64,000 nt of DNA from the human T2T-CHM13v2.0 reference genome, Homo sapiens, in assembly GCF_009914755.1 (NCBI RefSeq), contig NC_060933.1, one strand, 5' to 3'. Below the pieces are notes generated by a model that searched no databases, had not been told where the DNA came from, and worked only from the letters and a program-made list of their open reading frames with translations. Within the stretch, counting starts at the first letter, position 1; every line of letters starts with the position of its first letter. Positions 31,387 to 46,057 of the stretch are shown here, piece by piece. The position numbers and the translations under genes were made by a program.

Positions 31387-33694
31387 TAATTAAATCTAAT
31401 ATTATTAATGAACCAGGTTTTGAGGGCGGGGCTTGGGGGGGTTGGAACAAGAAATCTACCTCCGTATCTCCATTTTAGGAAAAATATTTAAGGTTCTCCA
31501 TTAATACAGTACCAAGTATTGTTTTGTTTTCCCTTAATTTGTATTAAGGCTAACATTTTAACTTGGTCTAGAAATAAAATATTAACAAAAATATTTCTGG
31601 TTTATTTATATACAGCCTGTTGCTACAGGTTAAATATCAAATTAGCTAAATAGCGATACCCTGTAATGAAATAGTGAAATAGAATCTCTCTAACTTTTCT
31701 TCCCTAATTACAATCCTGTGTTTAGTGAAGTCAGAGAGGGTCTCTATTTTGGGGTGGTAAAATGAAAACAAGTGAATTTTAAAAAGAAACAGAAAATATT
31801 TGCTGAGTTCCATAGACATACCAGTCTCTGTGTCCTTGTAAATGCTATCCCCCGAATATCCTGATATAAGAACACCCCTTTTGCACACCTCATCCTTCCA
31901 CCCAGCACTGCTCAAGCATGACATCTGTCTAATGTCTTCCCTAGACTTCTTTCTCTCTTAATTCTCAGGGCCACTGATGGTTGATCAGGCCTAGAGATGT
32001 CCAGACTCTATTTTGAGGGATTCTACTTAAATTGAAAAATGAAGTGCTAAACAGGGTTTCAAAAAATGCTATTCACAAGATAAAGGATTCTTAAAATAGA
32101 TATTAATTCATTGTTTACAGGTAGTAGTTGAACTTCTCTCAAACCTGTCAACAGATCTTTGTGATTATGGATGCCGCCTCATATGGATACAATTTGAGGC
32201 CTTGCCCGAATACCAGGCTTGGGCCAAAGGACCCTCCAGACCCCTCTCATGTGACTGTCACTCATAAGTAAAGCCAAGTGTTCCCTCATGTCTGCCTCCT
32301 CCAAAGACTTGGGACTTTTTGAGGACCCTATAAACCATGTCTTATTTACCATGTATCCTGGCATCCACTAGGTGTGAAATACATATTGATGGATGAATAC
32401 AAACTTGTCCCAAAACCTAAAGTAGACACTTTAGCCAAAACCAAGAACCTCAAATTTGACCATAATCACTATTTGAACATCCACGGAAAGTAGAGATTTA
32501 TAAGAAACTATGAGAAGGACTTCTGCAGGCTAGCCAGAATGAAGCCACAGAAAGCTAAAGAGAAGTATTGCCTCTCACATTATGCTATCCATACCAGTCG
32601 TGAAAAATGCAAGTCACCAAGCATCTGTTTTTAGTAATAAATGTTTCCACATGGATAGTTAGAAAGATAAACCCTTTATTTGTTGGTCAAGAAAAGAGAA
32701 CTAGCATTTATTGAGAGTCACCTCATTTAATATTCATGATACTGTATTGGTTTTATTATATCCTATTTTATAGATGAAGAAAGTAAGGCACCAGGTTTAA
32801 GTAATATGCCCAAGGTCACCCAGTCAAAATTAAATGAAGACCCATCCAATACTGAGGCCCTGCTGGTTCTCCTACACCACACAGTCTGAGATTTCATTCA
32901 ATGAAAATTCTTTTTTGAAATCCACAACTCCCAGCATTGAATATGAAAACATGCTACAGGGGGCTGGTATACTGAACCTGAGCTACAGTTTTTCCAAAGT
33001 AAATACCCCCCTGTGAGCAAGAACTTCCCTTGCAACTCCAACAGCCATGGTTTCTGTTAGAAACGGCATCTTTGTAATTTTTGGAACAGAACCATCTTCC
33101 CAGCATGTGGACCTTTTCAGATCAGAGATTAGAACCTCTCTTCAGAGCACACATTCGTACACATGAAATCCATCCCACTATTCAAAATATCTTAAGGAGA
33201 AGACTGGATGGGGAGGGCATCAGTCACGCTCGTTTCCCTTTCTCCCAAGACATTCTTTCCCCTTTGCCACATGCAGCCCTCAGAGCCACAGTGCTCTGGG
33301 CCTCTCTAAAACATTACCTCAAATTTGAATATCTACCTTCTGTGATTCCCCTTAGTATAGTTGATTGAGATGGGGTGCATTTTCTAAAATCTTTCCCAAA
33401 TACCATAGAGAAACCAAAAAGTAAACAATTATAAAACAAAAATAGTCAAGTTTTTCAAAGCATTATTTTATGATTGTATAAAGTTGTTGGGATCCCAAAG
33501 GAACCAATTCTTAATTATCCATGTTCTACACCCCGCCCCACTCACAATGTACATGAGCAATCAGCTGAGTGTTGTTCAGTTGAGTTCTTGTCCACACAGT
33601 TTCTAATAACAAAAATTAAATTAGAAATGAAACAACTGTGTTAACTCACTCTGGATGTGGTATAGAGTCTCCAGATGTCTTCCCCATGGGGGAA

Positions 33695-33940
33695 AAATAT
33701 ATATAATTATATAAAATATATATTAAATATAGATACATATATACACTAATATATATTTATATACATATATAAGTATATATATATGTTACATACATACATA
33801 TCATTTAATTTTGATTGGTGACCTTGGGCATATTACTTAAACCTGGTGCCTTACTTTCTTCATCTATGTATGTATATATACTTATATATGTATACATATA
33901 TAGTTAAAAGATACTTATACATATTTAATATATATTTTAT

Positions 33941-33942
<2 letters not shown>
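33695..33942. repeat. AT-rich nested inverted repeat around a MIR fragment
   Basis: 33709-33730 is the exact reverse complement of 33921-33942, and 33760-33781 of 33873-33894 (22 bp each). Confidence 0.8.
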
Positions 33943-34196
<254 letters not shown>

Positions 34197-35179
34197 CAGA
34201 AATCAGGAAAGCAATAATAATAATTAGATCAAAGCCACAGTTTGTTAAAGATTTAATAATTTCATAGACCCAAAGCATTGAGTTTTAAGTTCAAATAAAA
34301 GACAAGACTTTAGGTTTGCAAGAAGTGGGAGGTTATATATATATATATTTTGTTGTTGTTGTTTTAATTGAATGCTTCCATTTGATGAACCTGGAGCAGT
34401 TACTATCTGCTGCTAAAGTTTCTATTATATTACCAATGCAAGAAAAAAAGTGTCCTTGAGCTTTCTGTCTGATTGTGGCAGCCAAGATTGAATAGAGGAG
34501 TAATGGCAGGGAAAACATGGAGAGAGAATTTTTGCAACTCAGAAATAACCTTGTAAACAGTGAAGAGCCCATTTTACTCAAAAGAAGAACCTAAATATCC
34601 ACCCTCACCTAGTTGATTACATGTATAAAAGCTTAATAGTTAAAACTAATTAAAAGCCAGCCAGTGACAAAAATATTTGACATAATTACAAGGAAAATGG
34701 ATGAATCCTCAGTCACAGGAGATTGTAATACTTTTCTCTTATTAATAAGCAAACAAAAATAGTAAGGATACACATGATCAATAAGGTTGATCTGATGTGC
34801 ATTATATATAACCCTCCTCAAAACACATGAAACATTATGAAAATGCATCGTATACAAGACCATGATACAAGTCTCAAGAAAAACATTTTAATGGATCTGT
34901 ATTATGTAAGCCACATTTTCTCTAGCCAAAAAAGTTAAACTAAAAACAAACCCCCCAAAAATTCTATACATTTTGAAATAATAAACTCACTTCTATGTAA
35001 TTTGTGACTCTAATGATAAAACATGTAGAAAGGTTTTAAACACTAGAGCTGTTTCATATTTAAAACATTACATTAAAAATGTGCGGGATGCTAAATTACT
35101 TTGAGGCTCTTAAATGTTTATATTAGAAAATACTTAAGCATAAGACAGAATTATATAGAGAATAAGTTTAGGTGAAGAT

Positions 35180-35492
<313 letters not shown>

Positions 35493-35495
35493 TCA

Positions 35496-35843
<348 letters not shown>

Positions 35844-35990
35844 TCAGGGGCCTTGGAAAAGCATATTAGGGGGACGGAACAGCCTGTGTACCCTTGAGGA
35901 GACAAAACAAGGGAATATTTAGGGACAAGTGAGTGTGCACGTGTCAGGCAACCCTATCTCAGATTTTATCTGCTTGTGTTTGCTCCACAG

Positions 35991-36023
35991 AATCACTCTG
36001 CGTCCATGACCGAAGTTACCTGA
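35991..36023 (+). CDS. PLPPR1: PLPPR1 terminal coding exon portion (NHSASMTEVT*)
   Basis: Acceptor tttgctccacAG|, then AAT CAC TCT GCG TCC ATG ACC GAA GTT ACC TGA, the recalled PLPPR1 C-terminus. Confidence 0.95.
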   Translation, partial: NHSASMTEVT

Positions 36024-37100
36024 GACGACTGATGTGTCACAAGCTGTTTTTTAAAATCATCTTCCAATTCTATACTTCAAAACACACAGTTGCTCAATGT
36101 CAAACTGTGATGACAAATATTACGTTTATCTAGTTAGAAGCTAATGTTTTGTACATTTTTTGTATGAGGAAGTGATGTAGCTTGCCCTGATTTTTTTTTT
36201 TTTTTTTTGGTCAGCTTTAATATATTTATGCCAGAATTTTAAAACCAACAAAATTTTCTTGTTCAAGCGTGCATTGAAGAACCACATTTATTCAATGGTT
36301 GACGTTGTTTTGTGATATTTGTACACAAATTTTCTTTTCTCAGTTTTATAAACACAGAATATAACAATTCACTTTAAACTTTTATTACCACAGTTGCTGC
36401 CTCCTCCAGAATTTTTGAATTTTAATAAAAGGCAAACTTTTGAGCTGCAGGAAGGACAATGTTGGTTAATAATAAATCTCAAAGTCAATTGTAGAAAAAA
36501 AATTGTCTTCAAAAAGAATGTTGCACTCTGATCTCTTAACAAATTGTTACGTTCAAAGTTTAAAGTGATATATTAACAAAGTCACCTAGTTATACAAACA
36601 ATTGTCAGAGAATTCTGGATTTGGAGGGTATTGGGGTTATATGATTCTTTCTTAGATAATGGCCTCTACTAAATAACTCAAGATCTTTCTGGAATGTCTT
36701 CTGGCAGGCAGGTGCCACTGTCAGCTTTTCTCCAAAAAGCAGCCAACATCAGCCTCCCCTGTCAACTCAACAGTTTTGTATCTCATATTATATGGACTTT
36801 ATATGAAAATGAATATTTTACAGTTTGCACAGTATTATTTTACAGAAAAGGAATCAGAGAATCTACAACATAGGGCCCCAGAACAACAGTTTCACTTTGT
36901 GGCTTTTAATTATTCTAGAATTTTAACTGCATCTCATTTTTCTAGCATGGTGAGAACTAATATGTAACTCCTTTGATTGAAGGAGCTCTTTTGTCCGTAC
37001 CTATCAGAATGTTTTCTTGACACTTCCATGTTGGCTCTTCTCAGCTTTTTTTGTACATATTTTTTTTTTCTAAAGAGAAGAAAAAGTTATCACAAAATGT
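36024..37100 (+). other. PLPPR1: PLPPR1 3'UTR (3' end approximate)
   Basis: Repeat-free U-rich sequence after the stop; AATAAA at 36424-36429 and 36471-36476, more at ~37211 and ~37284. The exact cleavage site cannot be read from sequence. Confidence 0.65.
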
Positions 37101-39231
37101 ATTCTGGCTCATGTCTTTTGTCTTAAGCTTTATCCACAGGACAAAGGTATTTGAAGAGTCATGATGAAGTGAACTCAAGTGTTTACACTGTTCAGTTCCA
37201 CGTCTGCTGAAATAAATTCTAATAGGGGCATGACTGAGGGATAGCTTCACAGGTGTGTGTGAGAATATGTGAGTGTTTAGGCAAATAAAATTCTTTAAAT
37301 TATTAAGATACTCAGAAACATTCTGGATCCCTAGCACGCTCCCTCTACCTTCAGCCTACCCATAGATACTTCTGAGTTGTCAATAAAAAGTTAGATAGTA
37401 GTTTTTAAGAACAAAAGTTACCTCTGCTAAAATTTTTCATAATCCCCCATCTCATTCTGGCCTAAGCTTACCTATGCACATACAATGTCATACACATCTT
37501 CTGGGTGATATCTGACTACAGTTAGGAGAGGGAACCAAAGAAATTTCACAAACATAATCTGTCTGTTTTCAAAACACTGAGCCCAGTGAAGCTGTGACAA
37601 AGCCAAAGGAGTACGATATATGTCAGCAGTAATATCAAAACCCAGGTCTGCCCAACTCCAAATTTCATTCTTTCCACTACATCAAGATATGCCTTTGAAC
37701 CGAGTCCACATCTTTTCATGGGTTTTCAGTGTAATAAACCTACTTATCTGGTTTAAGGGATGCTGCTGGAAGAAAAGGAAACAGTGAGAAGGAATAATTT
37801 GTAAGCTCTGGGCTCTCCAATCCTGTATAAGCTACCTACCTGTAATGTCACGCAATTTCAGAATGATTTTTCTTTTTCTAAACATATTTTAGGATTTTTT
37901 AAAAAGAAACAATGAGGGATTCATTTTATTTTATTGTTCATCATAAGACATGCTGAAAAATGCTGGCAGTCTAAATTGCTTTTACATTACCCATTTCTTG
38001 TCACAATGTATCTGGCTACCAGATAGCATTTCTAAGAACATAAGTTGGTAGAGTGAGTCATGTTATCCTTCTATTCTTCTTTCTAGTTCTGATTTTAAAG
38101 GGACCTATCTGTAGTATTCCAGGAGCTTTGGCCACAGACTCCATTTTCCTGGCCTTGGACTTGGGAGATGGTGTATGACTGAGCCATGCTGAGACAGCAC
38201 TCTGGTCCACTTGGAGCTAAGGGGCATCTCTGGACTCCTACCCCTGGAATCCCTGAGTCTGATTCCCTACCACTATGGCATGGCAACTTTAGTGTTGCCT
38301 CCTATTTAGCCCCAAGACACTTCACAGGCCTCACACTGATCTGTCAAGTCTGTCATTCGAAATTCTTCAGGCTAGAGACTCCTCCATGTGGGTTGCCTGC
38401 CAAGGAAAAAGCCGTCTGTCCAAATAGGACAAGTGGCGACTGTAGCCTCAGAGAATGAATTCTGCAGTAAACTTTTCTCTTTTTAAGGAAAGCCCACAGG
38501 TGCATGAGAAAGTCTGACTCTTCTTGGAAGAGGAAAGTGGGGGAGGAGAGAGAAACAAAGGAAGGCTAGCCAGGTGTGTTGACATAAGCAACCTCATGAA
38601 GCTGTTAGCCCCTGTGTTTATCTATGATGTCTTTTTTTTTTATTCTGTGCCAAGAACATCACCTGACACAGAAAAATCACTTAGTTAAAATTTCTGTAAT
38701 ACACAAATAGATGCCAGACTTATTCCTACTTTGGCTAAAGGGAGACTATGACTCATTTGGAAATAAAGAGGATTTTAGCGGAGCCTGAAGATAGCTGAAA
38801 GATGAATACATTTAGATGCAGGACTAACAATGGTGAGGAAACTGCACTTACCAGCTAAACATGTGGGTGCCCCTTTTGGTAAGTTCTAAATATCTCCCTA
38901 TCAGGCTGTGATAGACAGATGGGCTATATGTAGCTGAAAATATAGCCCTTCAGGAGAGAATATGTATTCTGTACTGAATCAGAGAATGCAAGCAGGCAAA
39001 ATTCTACCCTCAAGATGCAAGAGAGTAGGAATCACTGGGATGATATAAAGAGTGAAAGAACCACAAGTGGCATTTTTGTTTCAAAAATCTGATTAGACTC
39101 CCTATTACAGGCAACTGCCAGAACCTCTCAAATGTGTTCAGTGTCTTAGAGGTAAATACATCAAATACCAGATTGCCGAAGTCTGTTTTAAGGAGTAGAT
39201 TACATTATGGTCATTATACTATTCCTGCTCT

Positions 39232-40310
39232 TATCGGAGGAACCCACCCCCAAAATTTCAACATAGGTTCTTTCTATTTTCCATAAGTGTCAGCAGGCTG
39301 AGAAATAAAGATAGACAGTATAAAAAGAGGAATTTTACAGCTGGGCTGCTGGGGGTGACATCACATATCAGTAGGACTGTGATGCCTGCCTGAGCCTCAA
39401 AACCAGCAAGTTTTTATGAAGGGTTTCAAAAGGGGAGGGGGTGTGAGAACAGGGAGTAGGTATAAAGATCACATGCTTCAAAGGGCAAAAAGCAGAACTA
39501 CTACTAAGGATCTAACAAAGATCACATGCTTCTGAGGGAACAGGACAAAGGGCAAAAGCAGAACTATACTGATAAGAGTCCAACAAAGATCACAGGGCAA
39601 AGGGCAAAAACAGAACCACTGATAAGGGTCTATGTTCAGCGGTGCACATATTGTCTTGATAAACACCTTAAATAACAGAAAACAGGGTTCGAGAGCAGAG
39701 AACCGGTCTGACCACAAATTTACCAGGGCAGAGTTTTTCCCCATCCTAGTAAGCCTGAGGGTACTGCAGGAGACCAGGGCTTATCTCAGTCCTTATCTCA
39801 ATCACACAAGACAGACACTCCCAGAGTGGCCATTTATTGACCTCCCCCCAGGAATGCATTCCTTTCCCTGGGTATTAATATTAATATTCCTTGCTTGGAA
39901 GAGAATTTTGCAATATGTCTCCTTCTTGCGCGTCCATTTATAGGCTCCCTGCAAGAAGAAAAATATGGCTCTTTTTGCCTGACCCCACAGGTAGTCAGAC
40001 CTTGTGGTTGTCTTCCCTTGTTCCCTAAAAATCATGGTTGTTCTGTTCTTTTTCAAGGTGCACTGATTTCATATTGTTTAAACACATGTTTTACAATCAA
40101 TTTGTACAGTTAACACAATTATGACAGTGGTCCTGAGGTGACATACATCCTCAGCTTATGAAGATAACAGGATTAAGAGATTACAGGCGTAAGCAATTAT
40201 AAAAGTATTATTTTGGAACTGATAAATGTCCATGAAATCTTAACAACTTATGTTCCTCTGCTGTGGTTCCAGCTGGTCCCTCTGTGTGGGGTCCCTGGCT
40301 TCCCACAACA
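39232..40310 (-). mobile_element. MER11 (HERV-K11/HML-8) solo LTR
   Basis: Minus strand starts tgttgtgggaagccagggacccc...gaggaacataa...gatttcatggacatttatcagttcc and ends ...ttcctccgata; 6-bp TSD TGCTCT at 39226-39231 and 40311-40316; 1079 bp. Confidence 0.9.
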
Positions 40311-40454
40311 TGCTCTGTTGAATTCAAGACATGTACTAGAACTAGCATGTCATTTACTATCATCCCCTATACTACTATAGGGATTTTTAAATAAATACCA
40401 AATCCCTTGCTCACATCCTCATTCTTGATCCAGATTGTTCCAGAATTGATAGAT

Positions 40455-41160
40455 GCATTCACTTATTCAATAAGTACTTAATGAGCATCTATTATGTGCT
40501 AAGATCATGTGAAGAACTGGAGATACATAACAAAATAAACAGACCTATTTCTTACCCTTACAAAGCTTAGAGTGGGATAAGAGGAGAACCAACACAAAAT
40601 ATTTAATATATAAATGTTTTTAAGGGACTCCTGATTTAGACAGGGAAGATAGAGTTATCAGTTAAGGCTTCTCTAAAGAAGTGACATACATATTGGGCTA
40701 TTCAGAATAAGGAGGTAATGAGACAGAAACCCTAAGGAAAGTCATATCAGGCCAAGGGAACAGCACATACAAAAGCCCTGAGGCAGGAAAGAGCTTTATA
40801 CATGTGAAGAACTGAAGGCTGGCTGGTGAGTAAAGGGGAAAAAGATATTTAATGATACTGAAGATCAGAGATCTTGGAGGACTTGTTATGGACTTTGAAT
40901 TTATCCTAAAATGGTAAGAAGCCCTCAGTGGACAGGAAGCCCTCAGTAAACAGGAGAATGGCATAGTTAGATTTGTATTTTTAAAGGATCCCTCTGGGCT
41001 ACATCTGTGTGTAGAAAGTGTAAGAGGGTATTGTGTTGGACTAAACATGATTATGATTGATGTAGGGTAGTGGCAGTAATGGTAAAGAGAACATGCATTG
41101 GAAAGATATGAAAAATATCTAGGAAGCAGACTCAACAGAGTTTGAGACCCAATTGTATGT
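40455..41160. mobile_element. L2 LINE fragment
   Basis: cattcacttattcaataagtacttaatgagcatctattatgtgc... and aaagccctgaggcaggaaagagc..., typical of L2. Confidence 0.65.
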
Positions 41161-42399
41161 GGTGGGATCATAGCTTTCAATAAACACTTTCTTCCTAGAG
41201 AACACTTTTCCAGATCTGATTCCCCCAACTCACAGGAGCCTGGTGACAGATGAAAAGCTGGAAAGGAAAATAAATTGAATTTGGATTTACTCTCTAGCCC
41301 ATTGACCCATAACAGTTTTACTTCTCATGGAAACCCAGGTAACACCACACACACTTCTAACACTAGAAATGACTCTGCCAGGAAAATTAACTTTTGCACC
41401 TCGCCAAACTAGTGCCTCTGTCCTCATCCTGGCTTGTCATTTTGGTATCCTGTGTGTCAGCATCTATAAAAAGTTACATTTTGTGGCTTTCCTATCAAGC
41501 CAAGTAAAACCATGTGATCAATGGAGGGGAGGCTGAGGGTAAAGCTCTTTTCCTCAAAAGCATTCTCTTTCTCTTTAAAAGGAAGATGTGCTTACATTTC
41601 CCTATTAATCTTAATGGAATATCCATCTATCAATTTACTTCATGTTCTTTGGAACAGAGAACAACTCTTCCTTTGGGATGATGTTTAATGCTGTTATACA
41701 AAGTAATTTCTCTGTTGAATTGTCCTATAAGGCCAAAAGTTTTTTTCAACTTCAAGCGATGTTTTTTAGTATTTCAGGATTGGATAAATCCAGACTCACT
41801 AAAGTCACACAGACTTCTTATATGTATTTCTATACAAAATATGTCCCCTTTTTATTCCCCCTCTTGGCGGCCAAAAGTTTCTTTCTGTCTTTGTAGGGAT
41901 GGTGCAGTCAGGTGTTTTCTCATCTTGGCATTTTTTGCTCTTCAGCAGCCATGGGGTTTAAGTGTGCGGGTGAGCAGGTGCAGCTCCACCACAGCAGCCC
42001 ATTGTCTGGTGAAGGTTTCTCTGGTTCAGGGCCTGGGCCCAATGAGGTCCATACCTAGGGATAACTAACCAGTCACCACTTGTGGAATTAATTCATCATT
42101 TGAGGGATTTAAGTGTGACAACCTTGAAAACTAATTTCTGTACATTTGGCAAAATTAAGTCAAGCCTAGAAGGCAGACCCGGGAGCCAAGATTCCAGCAG
42201 AACCTTGCAAAGAAGAAAGCTGAAAAAAAAAAACCACATTTCATTATGCTGAAATCAGATCCCTGAAAAGTAAGACCTGGGTGGTGCTGATCCCAATGAG
42301 GGAACTCCAGTTCATTTTGTTTTTTAAATATAATGGCAACACCCACAATAGAACCTGGATGTATTCATGAAAGCCATGGGTAAAAGGAGGAATAAGAAA

Positions 42400-43700
42400 G
42401 GATGACATATCTATAAAACAAGAACACATTTTAAGAATCAGATCCAATTATAGAACATGAAAATTAAAAATGATCAAAATAAAACCCAAGAGATTAGCTA
42501 AATAGATTAGACACACCTTAAAAACAAGTTAGTAGGTTGAACAGTTAAACTGTAAAATTCTCCAAGGATGCAGGAGGAGAAAGTAGAGAGAAAAGTAAGA
42601 GAAAATTTTAATATTCACGGAGAATGAATCCAGAAGCTCCAAAATCCTCTTAATAGGAGTTCCAAGGAAGGAACAGAAAAAATGGAAAAGGTGAAGTGGT
42701 CAGATAATTAACAGAAGCAAATGTCCTAAAGCTGAAGGCAGATTGTCTTAGTTCGTTTGTGCTGCTATAACAGAATACATGTGACTGGGTGCTTAATAAA
42801 ACAGAGAAAAGTATTTCTCACAGTTCTAGAAGCTGGGAGTCCAAAATCAAGGTGCCAGCAGGTTCAGTTGTCTGGTGAGGACTGCTCTGTTTCCAAGATG
42901 GTGCCTTGTTGCTGAATCCTCAAGGGAAGGAACACCGTGTCTTTATGTGGCAGAAAGCAAAAAGACCAAACGCTCCATGAAGCCTCTTTTTATAAGAACC
43001 CTAACCTCATCCACGAGGGAGGAAGCCTCATGGCCTAATCGCTTCTAAAAGGCCTCAGCTGTTAATACTATTACATTGTATGGCAACCCTCCCATTTTCA
43101 GGTGTTGGAACTTGATGTATATTACATTACATTAAGTGTTGAACATTAAGTTTCAACACCTGAAATTGGGAGGGACACCATACATTCAAACTATAACATA
43201 GAAACAAGTTTTTAGTTTGAAATAGGCCATATAGTGCCAGTCAAGATAAATTTAAAGAGTACTAATAAACCTAACCCTAGTCATATCTTGATGAAATCTC
43301 AGAACAAAGAGAAAATTGTAAAAATCTTCCAGAGAGAGAGAGAAAAAATCCCACAAAGTAAGGAGAATCAGACTTCTCATTGGCAAAAATTGTCACCGAA
43401 AAAAACCCCAAAGTGCTGAAGGAAAATAATTGTTAATATCAAATTCTTTCACTATAAAAATTATCATTAACATGTCAGAGCAAAAGATAGACATTTTCAG
43501 ATGTACTAAGATTCAAATGAATATGAATCTTTCAAGGAATTATGTGAGCTTGTACTTTGAACAAATGGCAAAATAAAAGTAAAGCCAAGAATTTCTTAAA
43601 AATGAATTGTAAGACAGAGCAAGGATGCCAAAGTTATTGCTGTACATATAAAAAGAAAGAGCAAGGAAATTATTAAAGCATAGTTATTATTGTTAAAAAT
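42400..43700 (+). mobile_element. Ancient L1M 5'/ORF1 remnant interrupted by a MaLR LTR
   Basis: A-rich ORF1-like text (taataggagttccaagg..., aatcagacttctca...); boundaries approximate. Confidence 0.45.
42745..43198 (-). mobile_element. MST/MLT1A-type MaLR solo LTR
   Basis: tgtcttagttcgtttgtgctgctataacagaatac...tttctcacagttctagaagctggga...cattcaaactataaca. Confidence 0.8.
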
Positions 43701-45492
43701 AATCTGAAATTAATGGGGGAATTCCATGGGAGAAAAAGATGTAGTACATACTAACATTCTTGTCTTTGGGGACAGAAAGGTAAATATCTTGAATATATCT
43801 CTTTTTTTAACTTTTTATTATGAAAAATTGTGGGCAAACATAAAAATAGAGAGATAATATAACAAACTTGACTACACCCATCATCTAAACTTAATAATTA
43901 TTCACATTTTGCCATATTTCCATAGTATTTTAAATTACCAGATGTCACGACTCTATTATGCTAAATATGTCAGAACGCATCTCTAAATAGTGACTTTTTT
44001 ACATAACCACAATGGTATTATTACACCTAACAAGATAATAACAATTCCTTAGTATCATTTAATATCCAGTCCATATTCAAATTTCTCGAATTATCCCCAA
44101 AATGTCTTTTTACAGTTACTTTATTCAAACCAGGGCCACACATCACATTTTGTTGATATGTCTCAAGTCTCTTTTAGTTCTGAAGTTAATTGCCCCAGCC
44201 CACTCTAGCCTTTCTTTTTTTCACGTAATTAACTTGTTGAAGAAACAAGGCAGTTGTCCCGTAGAATGACCCATACTCTGGATTTGTTAACTTGTAGGGC
44301 CATTTACCTTGTTCTCCAGATACCATAGTAATTATTAATTAATTGTTAAAGGCTTGATTAGTTTCAAGCCTACTCCTAGGATTAGTTTCACTACTCCTGA
44401 AACTGTCATTAGGAGTAGTTCTAAGCAGTGCTGGGTCCTCCACATTACATCCCATCATGAAGCATATGTCACTGACCCCTTTTACAGATGCTAAACTTAA
44501 GCAGTGAGTTCAGGTGGTAATAATCTGATTCCTTCATTGCAAAGTGACATTCCTCCCCTCCTCCTAGTAATGGCAAATTATTTACAGGATAACACTTTGT
44601 ACTTTTGCAAAATCACTCTTGGGTTTAAACAGAACAAAAAGTAAATCAGAACTTTCTTAGAAATTAATGAAATGAGAGCACTGCATATCACAAAGCCAGG
44701 AAAATACAAAAGCGGCAGCAGAAAATAATTTATTTCTAAAAATCAGAAATCAATGAATCAGTAAAAAACAATTTGACCAAAAAATAAACCAAAAACTGTC
44801 CCTGGAAAAGATAAATAAAAGAGAAATATTTGGCAAATCAGGCTGAGAAGAAAAAGAAAACATGCATATAAACAATAGGGGCCATATCAAAAATTGTAAG
44901 AGAAAAATGTGTTCTAGAAAACATGGGTGCAATTCTGAAAAAATGTAAATGTCCAGATTGGCTCTAAAACAAATTTTAAAACCCACATTAATCAATATGA
45001 GAAATTAATTTATTAAAATTAGATACATAAGAAAAATTAGTCCATTAATGAATGAAATTCACCTCACTAACAGACTGGAGAAGGACAGCTTTATGAAAAT
45101 AATAATGGCTAACTCTAGAATAGTAATTGCTGTGTGCCAGGCACTGTTCTAACAGCTTTAAAAAATATTAACTCATTTAATTAATAAATGCCACAAAGGC
45201 ATTTGATAAAATTCAATTTTATTAAAATGGTAAATATATATTTTAGGAATAAATAGAAGCATCACTATTCTAAAAAAAGTAAGACTCTACTGGAAATCTA
45301 TAGCAAGCATTATACTTAATGGTGGTTTTAGAACTTTTCATATCAAGTGTCAGAAACGCAATTCAAAATCGTTTAAACAGAAAATGTATTTCTGTCAGTA
45401 ACTTGGAGTTTCTAGGGAATTTATCTAGATTGGCAATGCCTGGGCCCAGGGTATTGCTAACTGGGGTATAGAAGATTATTCAGTTTGCAAGG

Positions 45493-45770
45493 GGCCAGGT
45501 GTAGTGGCTTATGCCTTTAATCTCAGAACTTTGGGAGGCAGAGGCAAGAAGATTACTTGAGGCCAGCCTAACCAGATCCTGTCTCTCCAAAAAAAATTAG
45601 CTGGGCTTGGTGATACACACCTGTAATCCCGGTGACTCAGTAGGCTGAGGTGGGAGGATAGCTTAAGCCTGGCAGTCTGAGGCTACAGTAAGCCATGATC
45701 CTGGCACTGCACTCCAGCCTGGGTGAATGAACGTGCCTCTGTCTCAACAACAAAAACAAACAATAAAAAA
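45493..45770 (+). mobile_element. AluJ (internally shortened)
   Basis: Alu dimer; TSD tttgcaaggg on both sides. Confidence 0.85.
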
Positions 45771-46057
45771 ATTTGCAAGGGTATCACCATTTTGAAATAA
45801 TAATGTGCCTTAGTTCGTATAAACTAGGATTCAATTTACAAAAATTTGAAACACGTACCAATTTATGAGAAATACTTCCCATGAATGTGTGCCCGGTCCT
45901 TTGATTTTTGTCTGACCACCTTCCAGTTGATTCAAGATGACTGTGAATCCAGCCAAACTAGGAGAGCCCCCTCTCCCCACTGTGCTCTTGCCTTATCCTC
46001 GTTATCCTCCCACCCGCACTCCAGCCTCTGTCCACCCCATCATCACTCAGCTTTTGC

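Noticed and set aside
39460-39630. Repeat-spacer-like periodicity reminiscent of a CRISPR array
   Set aside because: These are internal tandem repeats of the MER11 LTR in eukaryotic DNA; no cas genes.
40698-41228. 176-aa minus-strand ORF
   Set aside because: Overlaps a degenerate L2 element; no protein-family signal.
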